DNA of 64,000 nucleotides, taken from positions 608,001 through 672,000 of the forward strand of contig CBDCTZ010000014.1 in the NCBI GenBank assembly GCA_965222375.1, given 5' to 3'. This stretch comes from Polyangiaceae bacterium (GTDB lineage Bacteria > Myxococcota_A > Polyangia > Polyangiales > Polyangiaceae). Shown in pieces: positions 52,200 to 62,133 of the stretch. The position numbers and the translations under genes were made by a program. The notes under the pieces were generated by a model. It searched no databases and was not told the origin of the DNA. It saw nothing but the letters and a program-made list of their open reading frames with translations. Position 1 is the stretch's first letter, and the number at the start of each line of letters is the position of its first letter.

Positions 52200-52500
52200 T
52201 ACGTAACAGTGGAAAAGCAAGTAGCGCCGATCGCACCGGGGCTGGGCTGCTCGCGCAGAGCTTCGGCGGCTCGGCGTCGCCGCACTCAGGGTCGAGGCTA
52301 CGGCCGTGGGCGTGCAGGATGCGCTCGACGCGTACGGCCGTGCGTGCGGCAACCTCCGCGATGTCCGCGTGGGTTGGCGCGTCCAGCTCAAGGAACTCGA
52401 GCGGAGCTTGAGGGTCGTCGCCTTGGTGCCTGTGCACGCCGTCGAGCACGAGTGCGTGAAAATGCACGTTGAGTCGCAGAGCACTGACCGGTGCTCGTAA
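52200..52500 (-). mobile_element. IS91-family (HUH, Y2) transposase remnant
   Basis: SALRLNVHFHALVLDGV (HUH motif) followed by F.EL..PT..DI. Confidence 0.75.
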
Positions 52501-52600
52501 GTGGCTTCGTCGCCGCATACTCGCGACTGACGGCACCCAGCCGAGGGTGACGCGCAGCAAGACTGCCGCACAGGCGAAGGCGGCGCTGTTTCGAGCCGCT

Positions 52601-53023
52601 CTAGCCGGATTTCCAATTGTCGATCAAGAGATCGTACCCAACAGATTGTACGTATTCGAAATGCGCGACGTTGCCAGTCGCGATCGGTGCGCGAGCTCGC
52701 AGAGCGATGGCAGCGATCAGCACGTCGGGCATACCGATAATGCGACCGCGCCGTTCGAGGTCGGCGTTGATTCGGCCCGCGAGACGACCGGCGGCGTCGT
52801 CGAAAGGCAAAACCTCGACCGTATCCAGGGACGCTTCAAACTGGGCGATTCGGTCCTCTCTTGCAACGCGACGAAAGCCGTAGATGACCTCAGCAACAGA
52901 AACCGCAGAGGTCGTAAAGCGTCTGTGTTCCGTCAAGTAGGCTGATGCCTTTGCAAAAACCGTCTCGTTATTGCCTTTGATGATCTCGGACAGAATATCT
53001 GTGTCGAGGAGGGCTCTAGTCAT
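52601..53023 (-). CDS. vapC: VapC PIN-domain toxin
   Basis: LLDTDILS, SVAEVIYG, DVLIAAIAL and TGNVAHF. Confidence 0.9.
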   Translation of the reverse strand: MTRALLDTDILSEIIKGNNETVFAKASAYLTEHRRFTTSAVSVAEVIYGFRRVAREDRIAQFEASLDTVEVLPFDDAAGRLAGRINADLERRGRIIGMPDVLIAAIALRARAPIATGNVAHFEYVQSVGYDLLIDNWKSG

Positions 53024-53261
53024 CGACCGACCGCATGCGGGCGGCACTGCGCGCCTCGTAGGCGATAGCGCACACCCGATCTACCAAATCCGGATCGTCG
53101 GCCATGAGTCCAAGCAACGACGCCCCGCCCGCGGCAGCTTCCGAAGAATTGGGAGTGTCCTGCTCCGCCTCGCTCGACGCCCGTTCGAGCAGTCGCAGGC
53201 GCTCGTCCAGCGGCAAGCGGCGGATGGCCGCAAGCAATTCGTCGGTTTTCGGAGAGGCCAT
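53016..53261 (-). CDS. Putative antitoxin upstream of vapC
   Basis: 81 aa, overlaps the toxin start; LPLDERLRLLE...LLGLMADDPDL. Confidence 0.75.
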   Translation of the reverse strand: MASPKTDELLAAIRRLPLDERLRLLERASSEAEQDTPNSSEAAAGGASLLGLMADDPDLVDRVCAIAYEARSAARMRSVDD

Positions 53262-53499
53262 ACCCATACTATAGCAGCTGCGGGTACTGGAAGCGCGGCC
53301 GTTGACCTGGGTGTCGGCGGTCCGCCGTTTCACCCGCGCCGGTGGCGGTTGCGTGGTGCACCGCCTCCTTGGCGTCCGGCGTGAAGCAGACCCTCACGAG
53401 CCTTGCGCGAGCTGTTCGCTTTCGAGCTCTGCAAGCACTTCGTCAGCGTCGATGAGCTGGCCGGCGTCTGCTTGAGCGATGCTGCGGTCCAGGGCTCGG

Positions 53500-53905
53500 T
53501 GCAAAGCAGCTTGTTCCTCGTCGCTGAGGACACGAGGTCGCCGCCTAGGAAGAGTCCCCCGATCAAACGATCCTTCGCGCGTCGCTCCTGCTCCGCGTAC
53601 TCATCTCCCCGTGGTTTGACTGGCTGTTGATCTTCTTTTTCAAGGCGCTCCTGAGCACGGCGCAGCGCTTATTCGATTTCTTGCTCAGTAAGGCCTTTCT
53701 TGTCCAGCCACTTCCTGAGTTTGGCGGGAGAGCTCCCTTCGTCCAGCGCCTCCAGGACAACGCGGTCGTACTGGTTGGGCTCACCTCGCTTCTTCCTCGT
53801 CTTCTTCTGGGCCGGCAAAGGTGCAACTGCGGCTGGTGGCTCCGGTGACGAGTCGTCTTGTGCCGGCGTACCGTCCGCCGACCGCCACGGCGGTTCCTCT
53901 GACAT
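53500..53905 (-). pseudogene. Hypothetical protein with premature TAA at 53669
   Basis: MSEEPPWR...KKGLTEQEIE*ALRRAQERL...DRLIGGLFLGG continues in frame after the stop. Confidence 0.4.
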
Positions 53906-54143
53906 GCTTCTTCCCTCGATTGACGGCCAGCGTTCGCCCAGTGAGTACCGGCGCTGGGCAAACGCCACGATCTAATCTAACTGTCAACCAACCCAGCGCT
54001 CAACCGCCTTGTCGTTGCAATCCGGCTGGCTCCGCAGGCGGCTTCGACGGTTTTCGACCGGGCGCAGTATCCATGTCACACTCGCACACGTCGCGTGCCA
54101 TGATGGAAACTAGCAAACAGACGTACCTGATTGCGACACGGTC

Positions 54144-54464
54144 TTGGTGCTGGAGCTTGCCGCGGCGGTGTACCTCACACTCATGACCTGGCTGTTGACC
54201 GGCTGGATGATGGACGATTCGGTTGCCTTCGGCATGACGGCGGGTCACTGGTATTTCGTCGGCGCCAAGCGGCTCTTGGTCGCGCTGGCTCTTGCGGCCG
54301 CATTTGGTGTCTTGTGCTACTTCGCGAACCGCCGCTGGGTGGCTCCGGCGCTACCATCGCATCCTGAAGTTGCAAAACGCGCGGCACTGGGCCTTGGACT
54401 ATGTAGCGCGCTGGCCGGGATCGCGGCGGCGGTTCAATTCGTGATTTCGCGCCCATTCATGTAG
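54144..54464 (+). CDS. Small membrane protein (start uncertain)
   Basis: Three hydrophobic segments; ends in RPFM. Confidence 0.55.
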   Translation: MVLELAAAVYLTLMTWLLTGWMMDDSVAFGMTAGHWYFVGAKRLLVALALAAAFGVLCYFANRRWVAPALPSHPEVAKRAALGLGLCSALAGIAAAVQFVISRPFM

Positions 54465-54684
54465 CCGACCGGCGCCACGGGCGTCTTCGTTCAGAAAAAG
54501 ATCGCGACCTGCGCTGAGCTGCCCCCCCCTCGAGCAGCGACCCGGCGTTCGGTTCCGAAGCGTGAACCCCACTGACGCCGCGCAGTAAACAGTTTTCCAA
54601 ATACAGATCAAATGCGCGATGATCTAGTCGAGATCAAGAGGTGCTTCTGCCACGAGCAAGAGACACTTGGGGAGATGGTAGCCC

Positions 54685-55245
54685 GTGCCGAACTGCGACT
54701 TCGACGCTTGTGAAGACGACGCTGAGCGCATCGTGCGTTTCGTGTTCTCCCAAGACGGATGGTCGCTCTGGGAGCTTGCATCGCGCGCCGATAGCGAGTT
54801 GCGACAGTTCTCGACGCTAGACGAGCTACTTCGGGCGTTTGATCTGTCCGCCGAAAGTGTTCACCTCCAACTGCACACACCAGAGATGGGCGGGTGCGTG
54901 CATGCCAAGCGCATCACGTTCGATCCTCAGTCCGTGCCAGACGCGACGTTTCGGTACGACTCGAGTGGCTGGGGTTTGATTCAATTATACCTGATTGCCC
55001 CACGGAACGGACGTCTCGGCGCGTCCCACTCGAACCACAACTCTGAGCGCCGCGCACGCGGCTGGGAGCCAACGTACGACGATGAGCCCGACCGAGTTGA
55101 CGATTGGGACTGGAAGGCCGTGAGCCGGATTTCTTCCGGCCTCAACCGCTTCATTCGCAGTCAGGCAGTTGGAAAGTCGGGCAGCCGGCCGGTACTGCCC
55201 TGCGCCCAGGCGGCTGCTTCCGAGCGTCGGGTGAAGTTGCTTTGA
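54685..55245 (+). CDS. Hypothetical protein
   Basis: 186-aa globular-looking ORF (FRYDSSGWGLIQL, HSNHNSERRA). Confidence 0.7.
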   Translation: MPNCDFDACEDDAERIVRFVFSQDGWSLWELASRADSELRQFSTLDELLRAFDLSAESVHLQLHTPEMGGCVHAKRITFDPQSVPDATFRYDSSGWGLIQLYLIAPRNGRLGASHSNHNSERRARGWEPTYDDEPDRVDDWDWKAVSRISSGLNRFIRSQAVGKSGSRPVLPCAQAAASERRVKLL

Positions 55246-55310
55246 CGAGCAATCAGCCGAATCCCGCAGTCGCGACCCAAGCTGCTTCTGTCTTGATAGT
55301 CTGAGGCTGC

Positions 55311-55978
55311 ATGCGGCGCGTGGTGATAGGAGTCGTGGGCGTCGGCGTGGGGGCGTTTGCGCTCTGGTTCGTGCTGCGGGACGAGCCAAGCGCCGACGCA
55401 GCGGCGCCTAAGTCGCAAACGGCTTCCCAATTCGAAGCTGACGGAGCGCAATCGAGCCACGCCCGTCCCGGCAACCCATCGAGCACGCGCGCAACCGCAC
55501 CGCCATCCAAAGCACCGCAGCGACCGTGCGAGACCGAAAACGCCGGGACGAAATGCGTGAGAAGATCTATCGAGCGTTCGGAAGGGCGCTGCCGTCATCC
55601 GGCACAGCGCCCAGTGCCACCAAGGGGAGCCACGCACCTCTACAGAAGCTCGACAAGAAGTACATTCAGGAGCGGCTCCGCGAAGACTTCAAACCCCCCG
55701 CGAAGGAGTGCTACGAGGCCGCCCTCGAACGCGACAAGAGTCTCGCGGGCAAGATGGTGATCGAATTCACTATCGTGGGAGACGAAAGTGTGGGCGGCAC
55801 CGTGGACAGCGCGACGTTGCCAGACGAAAGCACCCTCGTGGAGTCCGACTTGAGCATGCGCGTGCGCCAGTCCCTGTTGAGCATGAGCTTCGCCCCTCCA
55901 GAAAACGGCGGAATGACGACGGTGCGTATCCCGTTCTTCCTCGCACCAAGGGAGCCGGACGCGGGTGCAGCGCCCTAG
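55311..55978 (+). pseudogene. AgmX/PglI C-terminal (TonB-like) domain membrane protein, frameshift near 55510
   Basis: N-terminal TM helix in ORF 55311; KECYEAALERD..LAGKMVIEFTI...FAPP.GG..VRIPF in ORF 55526. Confidence 0.7.
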
Positions 55979-56029
55979 CTCAGCGGCGCCCGACCCGTCT
56001 CCCGGTCGGCGGCGGATGCGAGCCGTTCG

Positions 56030-56420
56030 CTGCATGGTCACTGCGGCGGGCTGCGCTTTTTTTTCCCCAAGGACGACCTTGCGAGGACCGTCTTTGATCA
56101 TGTCGGCGAGCAGATCGCGCTGCAAAGGCGTGAAGACGGACAGCACCGTGTCGGTGCGCTCACCGACTTCTGCGAAGCGCACGCGCAGGACTTTCACCTT
56201 CTTGGCATGATAGGCGTTGAGGACCGTGCGGAAGTCTTCACCCTCGAAGGCGTCCACGAGCTTGTGCAGCTCCTCGGACGTTGGGCGCAAGCGCTCTTTT
56301 TCGCCAAACATCTGCTTCTTGATCGCCTTGAGCTCGTCGACCTGAATGGTCGATAGCATGAGCCGTGCGGCGAGGCGTTTGATCCCGTCCTTGCGCCGCT
56401 TGTTTGCATCTGGCCGCGGA
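56030..56420 (-). pseudogene. Spy/CpxP-like helical protein fragment
   Basis: LMLSTIQVDELK and VFTPLQRDLLAD are LTxxQ-like motifs; no clear start. Confidence 0.45.
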
Positions 56421-56767
56421 CCATACTTCTTGCCGATCTCGGTAGCGCAGCATGTGAAAGCGTGGGAGTGGGACTGCAGCGAGCGAAATCCACGCCACTC
56501 GTACCGGTTGCAGCTCCCACACACGCAGATGCCGACGCCTGCGACACCACTCGCAACGCAGACGACAGCACAGTCACGACCTGTCGCGAAACCAAGAGCC
56601 GTGCCACCGAGTGCTTCGGCAGAGCCGAAGGCGGAGTCTGGTGCAGGCGTGGCTTCACCGCAGCCTGTGCCGAAACCCGCGCCATCGGATCCGGAAACTT
56701 CATCTTCGGGTCCTGATGAGTTGATTTTCTGGCGAATGGCGGTTTCGAGTTTGCGACCGAAAGCGAC

Positions 56768-56830
56768 GGCCCTGCGCCGGGTCTCGAAGAAACGGTCGAT
56801 GACGGACTCGGTGGCCTATCCCCACCAAAA
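56768..56830 (+). repeat. Dispersed repeat family A, copy 6
   Basis: GGCCCTGCGCCGGGTCTCGAAGAAACGGTCGATGACGGACTCGGTGGCCTATCCCCACCAAAA. Confidence 0.88.
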
Positions 56831-56848
56831 AAAGGAATGAATTGGTAG

Positions 56849-57070
56849 TCAGGTCAGGACTTTTCATGAAACGGGCGAACTCCGAGAGCATGAGCCCGAT
56901 GTGGGCCTTCAGGTCGTTGTTGGCGTTGCCCGGGTATTCGTGGCTGCAGCCCTTGTCGCCGTCAGCGCCGTGCCTGGACTGGTCGTCGAAGTTGTAGTCC
57001 ATGGCGCCCGACTTGTCGTTGCCCTCGAGGCGGATGCGCTCGCCGGCGGCTTCAACGCCTGCATTCAGCA
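56849..57070 (-). pseudogene. Internal fragment of DUF1552-like gene joined to the ...VLT* end
   Basis: AAGERIRLEG...GCSHEY...LKAHIGLMLSEFARFMK, then GTCCTGACCTGA as in the other two fragments. Confidence 0.55.
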
Positions 57071-57493
57071 AGGTACGACTTACTGCCACGAATTCCTGCG
57101 CTGCTCAAACGGCGTCTGACCGTCTTGCCACGACTTCCGCCGTCGTGCCTCTACGCTCCGCAAAGGTCAGGTGCATGTTCCGAACTCACTGAAGCAGCGT
57201 TATCGGTGAGCCGGAACTCGTGCGAGCAGGCGTGATGCAAACGACGCTGTGGAGGAAGGGCGTGCTGCACTACGGAGCCGTTGGAGGTTGCCGGGCATGC
57301 TGCTCCCGTGGTGTCCAGATCTAGTGAACGTCAGAATTGGCCAGGGCTATAGGCGCCGCAGGCCAGTATTCGGGAAGACTGGCTTTCTGGAGTCTCAACT
57401 CAGATCGGGCGTTTGCCGCCAATTGCCGCTAAAGGAATCGTTGATGTGGTCGTTGGCTCTTCTTGTGCTGGAGGCACGATGGAGGAGTAGCGC

Positions 57494-59440
57494 ATGCAGA
57501 CAAACGTCCCCACCGACCTACCAACAAATGGCTCAGCGTCGCCCCTTTCGGCCGTCGACACTCAGGGCTCAAATGGGGGAGCACGTGTGCGCGATTTGCT
57601 GGAAAACGCCCCGATCAGCGTGACATTTGCCGATGCTCAAGGAACCATTCGCTACCTCAATCAGGCTGCAAGAGAGATGTTCTCAGAGCTGGAGCAGCAC
57701 TTGGCGTGCGAAGGTAACGAGGTTGTTGGGGCATCGTTCGACGTCTTCTGTAATAAGGCTGGGCTGTTCCACCGTCTCGCCGGGGGCTCTATCAACCTGT
57801 CTGAGGAGGTGTCGATCCACCTTGGTCCTGAGCAATTTACCTTGCAATTCACCGCTGTCCATGACGAGCGAGGGCATTCCTTAGGGTGGATGGCGACTTG
57901 GACGTCGGTTACCGAAAAGCTTCGTATGGAAGCGGAGGTGGCGCGGCTCAGTAGCATGCTGAATAACTCACCGATCAATGTAATATTCGCCGACCCTCAG
58001 GGCACGATCCGCTACCTCAATGAGGCCTCCCGCCGAACACTGGAGCGACTCGAGGAGCATCTGCCCTGCAGAGCAAAAGAGGTCCTTGGTCGATCGTTTG
58101 ATATCTTCCACGAAAAGCCTACTCCCATCAATCGGCTGTTGGGTGACCCAAACAACCTTCCCCATGAAGCAGTGATCAGTCTTGGTTCGGAGAAACTGGA
58201 GCTGCTGGTCACAGCCGTTCTCGATAGCAAGGGAAGCTACCTCGGGCCGATGCTCACCTGGACGGTGGTGACCGAGAAGCTCCGTGTTGAAACGGAGATG
58301 GCGCAGGTCCGCAACATGATGGAAAACGCACCGACCAAGGTGATCTTTGCCCAGCCCGACGGAACGATTACCTACATGAATCAAGCGTCACGTACGATGT
58401 TGAGTTCGCTCGAGCAGCACTTGCCGTGCGCTGTAGATGAAATTCTGGGCAGCTCATTCGACGTTTTCCACAAGAATCCCGCGCACCAACGTCGACTAGT
58501 GGCCGATCCGAAAAACCTTCCCCACCGAGCGGAGATTCGGATTGGTCCTGAGAATGTGCAGCTCCTGGTCAACGCGATTCACGATCAACAAAACAACTAC
58601 CTCGGTCCCATGTTGACTTGGGAAGTGATCACCGAGAGACGACGTCTAGAATCCGCTGTGCTCGACAATGCGACGACACTCACGGCGGCTGCTGAGGAGC
58701 TCTCCGCCACCGCCGAGATGATGCTCAAGAATGCCATGGACACTGAGTCGCGCGGCATGGACACGGCCGCCGAGTCGGAGCAAGTCAGTGCCAACATTCA
58801 GACCGTCGCCGCGGGTGCTGAGGAGATGAGTGTCAGCATCAAGGAGATCGCACGCAATGCGTCTGAAGCCGCGCAGGTGGCAGGCCAGGCCGTGGCCTCG
58901 GCTGAAACCACTACTCATACGGTCTCTAGACTTGGCGAGAGCGGCGCTGAGATTGGCAAAGTGATCAAGGTGATCACGTCGGTTGCTCAGCAGACCAACT
59001 TGCTGGCTCTGAACGCCACCATCGAGGCCGCGCGCGCCGGGGAGGCTGGCAAGGGTTTCGCTGTCGTAGCCAACGAGGTCAAGGAACTTGCCAAAGAAAC
59101 GGCCAGAGCAACCGAAGACATCAGCCAAAAGATCGAGGCCATACAGTCGAATACGAGCAACGCCATTGACGCAATTGGCGAAATCTCAAAGACCGTCAAT
59201 CGCATCAGCGATATCCAGAACACCATCGCCAGTGCCGTTGAAGAACAGTCTGTTACAACCAACGAGATCACTCGTAGCATAGGCGAGGCTTCTCGCGGCA
59301 GTGCGAGTATCACGAGCAACGTCAAGGCCGTTGCTGAAGCGGCTAGCCAGACATCTGAAGGGGCACGTGGTACCGAGACCGCCGCTATGTCGCTTTCCCG
59401 ACTGGCCACTGAGCTACAGCAGCTCGTTGCGGACGAATGA
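57494..59440 (+). CDS. Cytoplasmic Aer2-like methyl-accepting chemotaxis protein with three PAS domains
   Basis: GGAGG RBS, three PAS repeats (FDxFH.NP.HQ-type), [34 protein letters not shown] signalling tip, and no TM helix. Confidence 0.93.
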   Translation: MQTNVPTDLPTNGSASPLSAVDTQGSNGGARVRDLLENAPISVTFADAQGTIRYLNQAAREMFSELEQHLACEGNEVVGASFDVFCNKAGLFHRLAGGSINLSEEVSIHLGPEQFTLQFTAVHDERGHSLGWMATWTSVTEKLRMEAEVARLSSMLNNSPINVIFADPQGTIRYLNEASRRTLERLEEHLPCRAKEVLGRSFDIFHEKPTPINRLLGDPNNLPHEAVISLGSEKLELLVTAVLDSKGSYLGPMLTWTVVTEKLRVETEMAQVRNMMENAPTKVIFAQPDGTITYMNQASRTMLSSLEQHLPCAVDEILGSSFDVFHKNPAHQRRLVADPKNLPHRAEIRIGPENVQLLVNAIHDQQNNYLGPMLTWEVITERRRLESAVLDNATTLTAAAEELSATAEMMLKNAMDTESRGMDTAAESEQVSANIQTVAAGAEEMSVSIKEIARNASEAAQVAGQAVASAETTTHTVSRLGESGAEIGKVIKVITSVAQQTNLLALNATIEAARAGEAGKGFAVVANEVKELAKETARATEDISQKIEAIQSNTSNAIDAIGEISKTVNRISDIQNTIASAVEEQSVTTNEITRSIGEASRGSASITSNVKAVAEAASQTSEGARGTETAAMSLSRLATELQQLVADE

Positions 59441-59594
59441 AGCAATGCTCGTGGACGGGAACCAGGTGGAGTTCCAGTCTCGTCTCGAAACGAGCACTGC
59501 CGAACTGCTCGAGGGCGTTCAGACCACAGGGTCGACGTTAGAGGTGACGTCGACGCGACTACCGATCGGTTCGACGATGCGACCGACCCCTTGA

Positions 59595-60872
59595 TTGAAA
59601 TGGTGGATCACCTTGGCGAAACAGCTCAGTCACGGTAGCAGCGAAGCCTCCGATTGGTTGCTCGCAACGCTGATCTTCTCCAGCGTTGTTTCGAGCACGT
59701 TGTTGATACCCATCCTTCGCCCCTTCTTTGCCAATTCCCACCCCGATAGCGAGTGGGCGATGCACGCTTTCATGAGTGTGAACATGCTAGGCGGCATTTT
59801 GGGGGCACCTATGCTTGGCGCCATAGCCGATCGGGTCGGCCAACGCAGGCAGATGATTGTTGGTCTCGCAGTTCTCGACGGAATATTTCTCATCGCCAGC
59901 ACGCTTCCGCTGTCGGTGTACTCCGTGTTGGTTGCACGCACTCTGCAGGGGGCAGTCAATATAGGAGGATTGTCGATTCTGCTGGGCCTGATGGCTGGCC
60001 GCGCTTCTGTTCGGAGTGGCCGCACGATGGGCTTGGCAGGGGCCGCGATGATGTTGGCGGTTGCGGCTGGCTCCCCCCTTGGAACGCTGCTGCTCGAGCT
60101 TGGACCGGTTGTGGCGATGCGCTGCGCCGGGCTCATTCCACTAGTAGTCGCCGTCGTTTGCGCAATCGTAGCATTGCCTCGTAGGCCGCCCGCGCGGCAT
60201 GTCACAGTGCGCTCAGTGCTGCGGGACGCGCCTCTCCTCAAGCTACCGGTGGCATGGGTGAGCGTGGAGCGTTTCGTAGTAGGGTGTTTCGTCGTCACTT
60301 TCGCGCTATATGCACACCGCGCGCTCGGGCTCAGCGACTCACGTATTGGTTTGTTGTTCAGTTGTTTCTTGATGCCTTTCGCGCTGGCAACGTATCCCAT
60401 GGGGCGACTTGCGGAACGGTTCAATCGTGCTGGGCTCATTGGAATCGGCATGGTCGTCTATGGCGTGAGCTTCCTCGCCCTTGGGCTGGTCCCCGCCCCG
60501 CTGCTACCAGCGATCATGGTAGCGGCAGGATTGGCTTCCGCCGCGATCTATGCTCCCTGTTTGTGTTACGCGTCCAGCCTTGTGGCGCCGGAAGTTCGCA
60601 CCACGAGCATGTCCTTGCTGAACGCGGGTGGAAGTCTGGGAATGATGCTCGGCACGGCCCTGGGCGGGGTAGTCTCGGCCGGTCTGCTTTCTGCCGGGTA
60701 TGCCGCCGACTTTACCTATCCTGCAGTCTTTGTTGGAGCAGGTTTGATTCAGCTTCTCACGCTGTCGTTGTCCATCCGGGGTCTGAGAGCCCTTGCTACC
60801 CGTGGGGGGGCCAAGAATTCCCCTAGACAGGCTTGCTATGTCGTTGATGTATCCGAACCCGCTGCAGGTTGA
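59595..60872 (+). CDS. MFS transporter
   Basis: About 12 TM segments; MFS motif A in GAIADRVGQRR and GRLAERFNR. Confidence 0.88.
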   Translation: MKWWITLAKQLSHGSSEASDWLLATLIFSSVVSSTLLIPILRPFFANSHPDSEWAMHAFMSVNMLGGILGAPMLGAIADRVGQRRQMIVGLAVLDGIFLIASTLPLSVYSVLVARTLQGAVNIGGLSILLGLMAGRASVRSGRTMGLAGAAMMLAVAAGSPLGTLLLELGPVVAMRCAGLIPLVVAVVCAIVALPRRPPARHVTVRSVLRDAPLLKLPVAWVSVERFVVGCFVVTFALYAHRALGLSDSRIGLLFSCFLMPFALATYPMGRLAERFNRAGLIGIGMVVYGVSFLALGLVPAPLLPAIMVAAGLASAAIYAPCLCYASSLVAPEVRTTSMSLLNAGGSLGMMLGTALGGVVSAGLLSAGYAADFTYPAVFVGAGLIQLLTLSLSIRGLRALATRGGAKNSPRQACYVVDVSEPAAG

Positions 60873-60935
60873 CTAGCGAGGACCGTTTTCGTTGACGGCG
60901 TCCGGAGACCCGAAAGTCACTCACGCCCGTAGCGG

Positions 60936-62013
60936 GGCAATGTCCCGTTCGCTGTTGATCTGAGCTGAAGGCAAGGGTGGCGGTCCTCGTTGGAACCCGA
61001 GACCATCTCGGGATGAGAACCAACGAAAGGAACCGCCATGAAGAAGAGTGCCAGAGAGAAGAAGAGGAACCAAGTCCAGCGTGTGTCGGAGCAGCGAATG
61101 CTCCATTTGGCAGCTGTCATCCGCCGAGACCTGTACGGCTTTGTCATTGAACAGGGCCTGCAGGCTTTGGATCACATGCTCGAAGAAGGCCGTAGGCGTC
61201 TGTGTGGCCCGGTGAAGGCGAAGGGTCGTTTGGGTGCACCGGTGCGGTGGGGTCTCTCAACGAGCGCACGGTTGAGCAACTCGTGCTCGGTGTTTCGACA
61301 CGCGGTTACCAACGGTCCGTCGAAGAGCTGCCTGACGAGCTTGGTCCGCATTGGGCCTGGTAGCCATCATGCTCGACGGCATCGAGGTCGATGAGCAGAG
61401 GGTCATCGTCGCTTTGGGTTTTGACGAAAGCGGCACCAAACACCCTCTGGGCGTCTGGATGGGTGCGACCGAGAACACAGTCGTTTGCGGTGAGCTACTC
61501 GACGACTTGATCCAACGTGGCCTCGACCCTCACAAGGGCTACCTCTTCGTCATCGACGGAAGCAAGGCGCTACGAGCTGCGATTCGAGAGCGCTTCGGAC
61601 GCCGGGCACTCGTGCAGCGCTGCCAGGAACACAAGCGACGCAATGTGCTCAGCCATCTGCCGAAGAGGCTGCATCCGAGCGTCGCCACTACAATGAGGAA
61701 CGCCTATCGGAGCCGCTCGAAAGCGACCGCGAAACGAAGGCTACTCCAACTTGCAGCACACCTGGCAGCAGATCACCCGGACGCCGTAGCCTCACTCAAG
61801 GAGGGGCTCGACGAGACGCTGACACTCAAAGACCTTGGCCTTCCACCGTGGCTCGAGCGCACGCTGTCGACGACGAACTCGATCGAAAACGTAAACGGGC
61901 GGATGCGCAGCATCTTGCGTAAGGTGAAACGCTGGCGCGACGGGGCGATGATCAAGCGCTGGGTGCTACCGCCCTTCTCGAAGCTGAGCGTGGCTTCCGC
62001 CCGTCCGACGTGA
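60936..62013 (+). mobile_element. Degenerate IS256-family element (internal deletion, frameshifts, no right IR seen)
   Basis: Left IR GGCAATGTCCCGTTCGCTGTTGATC; transposase pieces 61038-61260 and 61351-62013 are homologous to the 47164 transposase. Confidence 0.88.
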
Positions 62014-62133
62014 TGGGTTCGGATCTTCGCAGGAATCATCGCGCCCGAACCTAAGGCGCTCGCTAGCGAACCGCCACCCGGCGCGCCGGGTGCCACAGTC
62101 GGGGCGGGCAGTGAGTCTCGATTCGCCGCGCGC

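Noticed and set aside
26678..56830. Repeat family A as a CRISPR array or integron attC sites
   Set aside because: Copies are kilobases apart, there are no cas or integrase genes, and no RYYYAAC...GTTRRRY core or long attC-type palindrome is present.
57190..57470. Possible group II intron fragment or sigma28 promoter upstream of the chemoreceptor
   Set aside because: No domain V motif is recognisable, and the -10 match to GCCGATAA is too weak.
47066..62013. Composite transposon bounded by the two IS256 elements
   Set aside because: The copies are clearly diverged, the second lacks a right IR, and no shared target duplication is visible.
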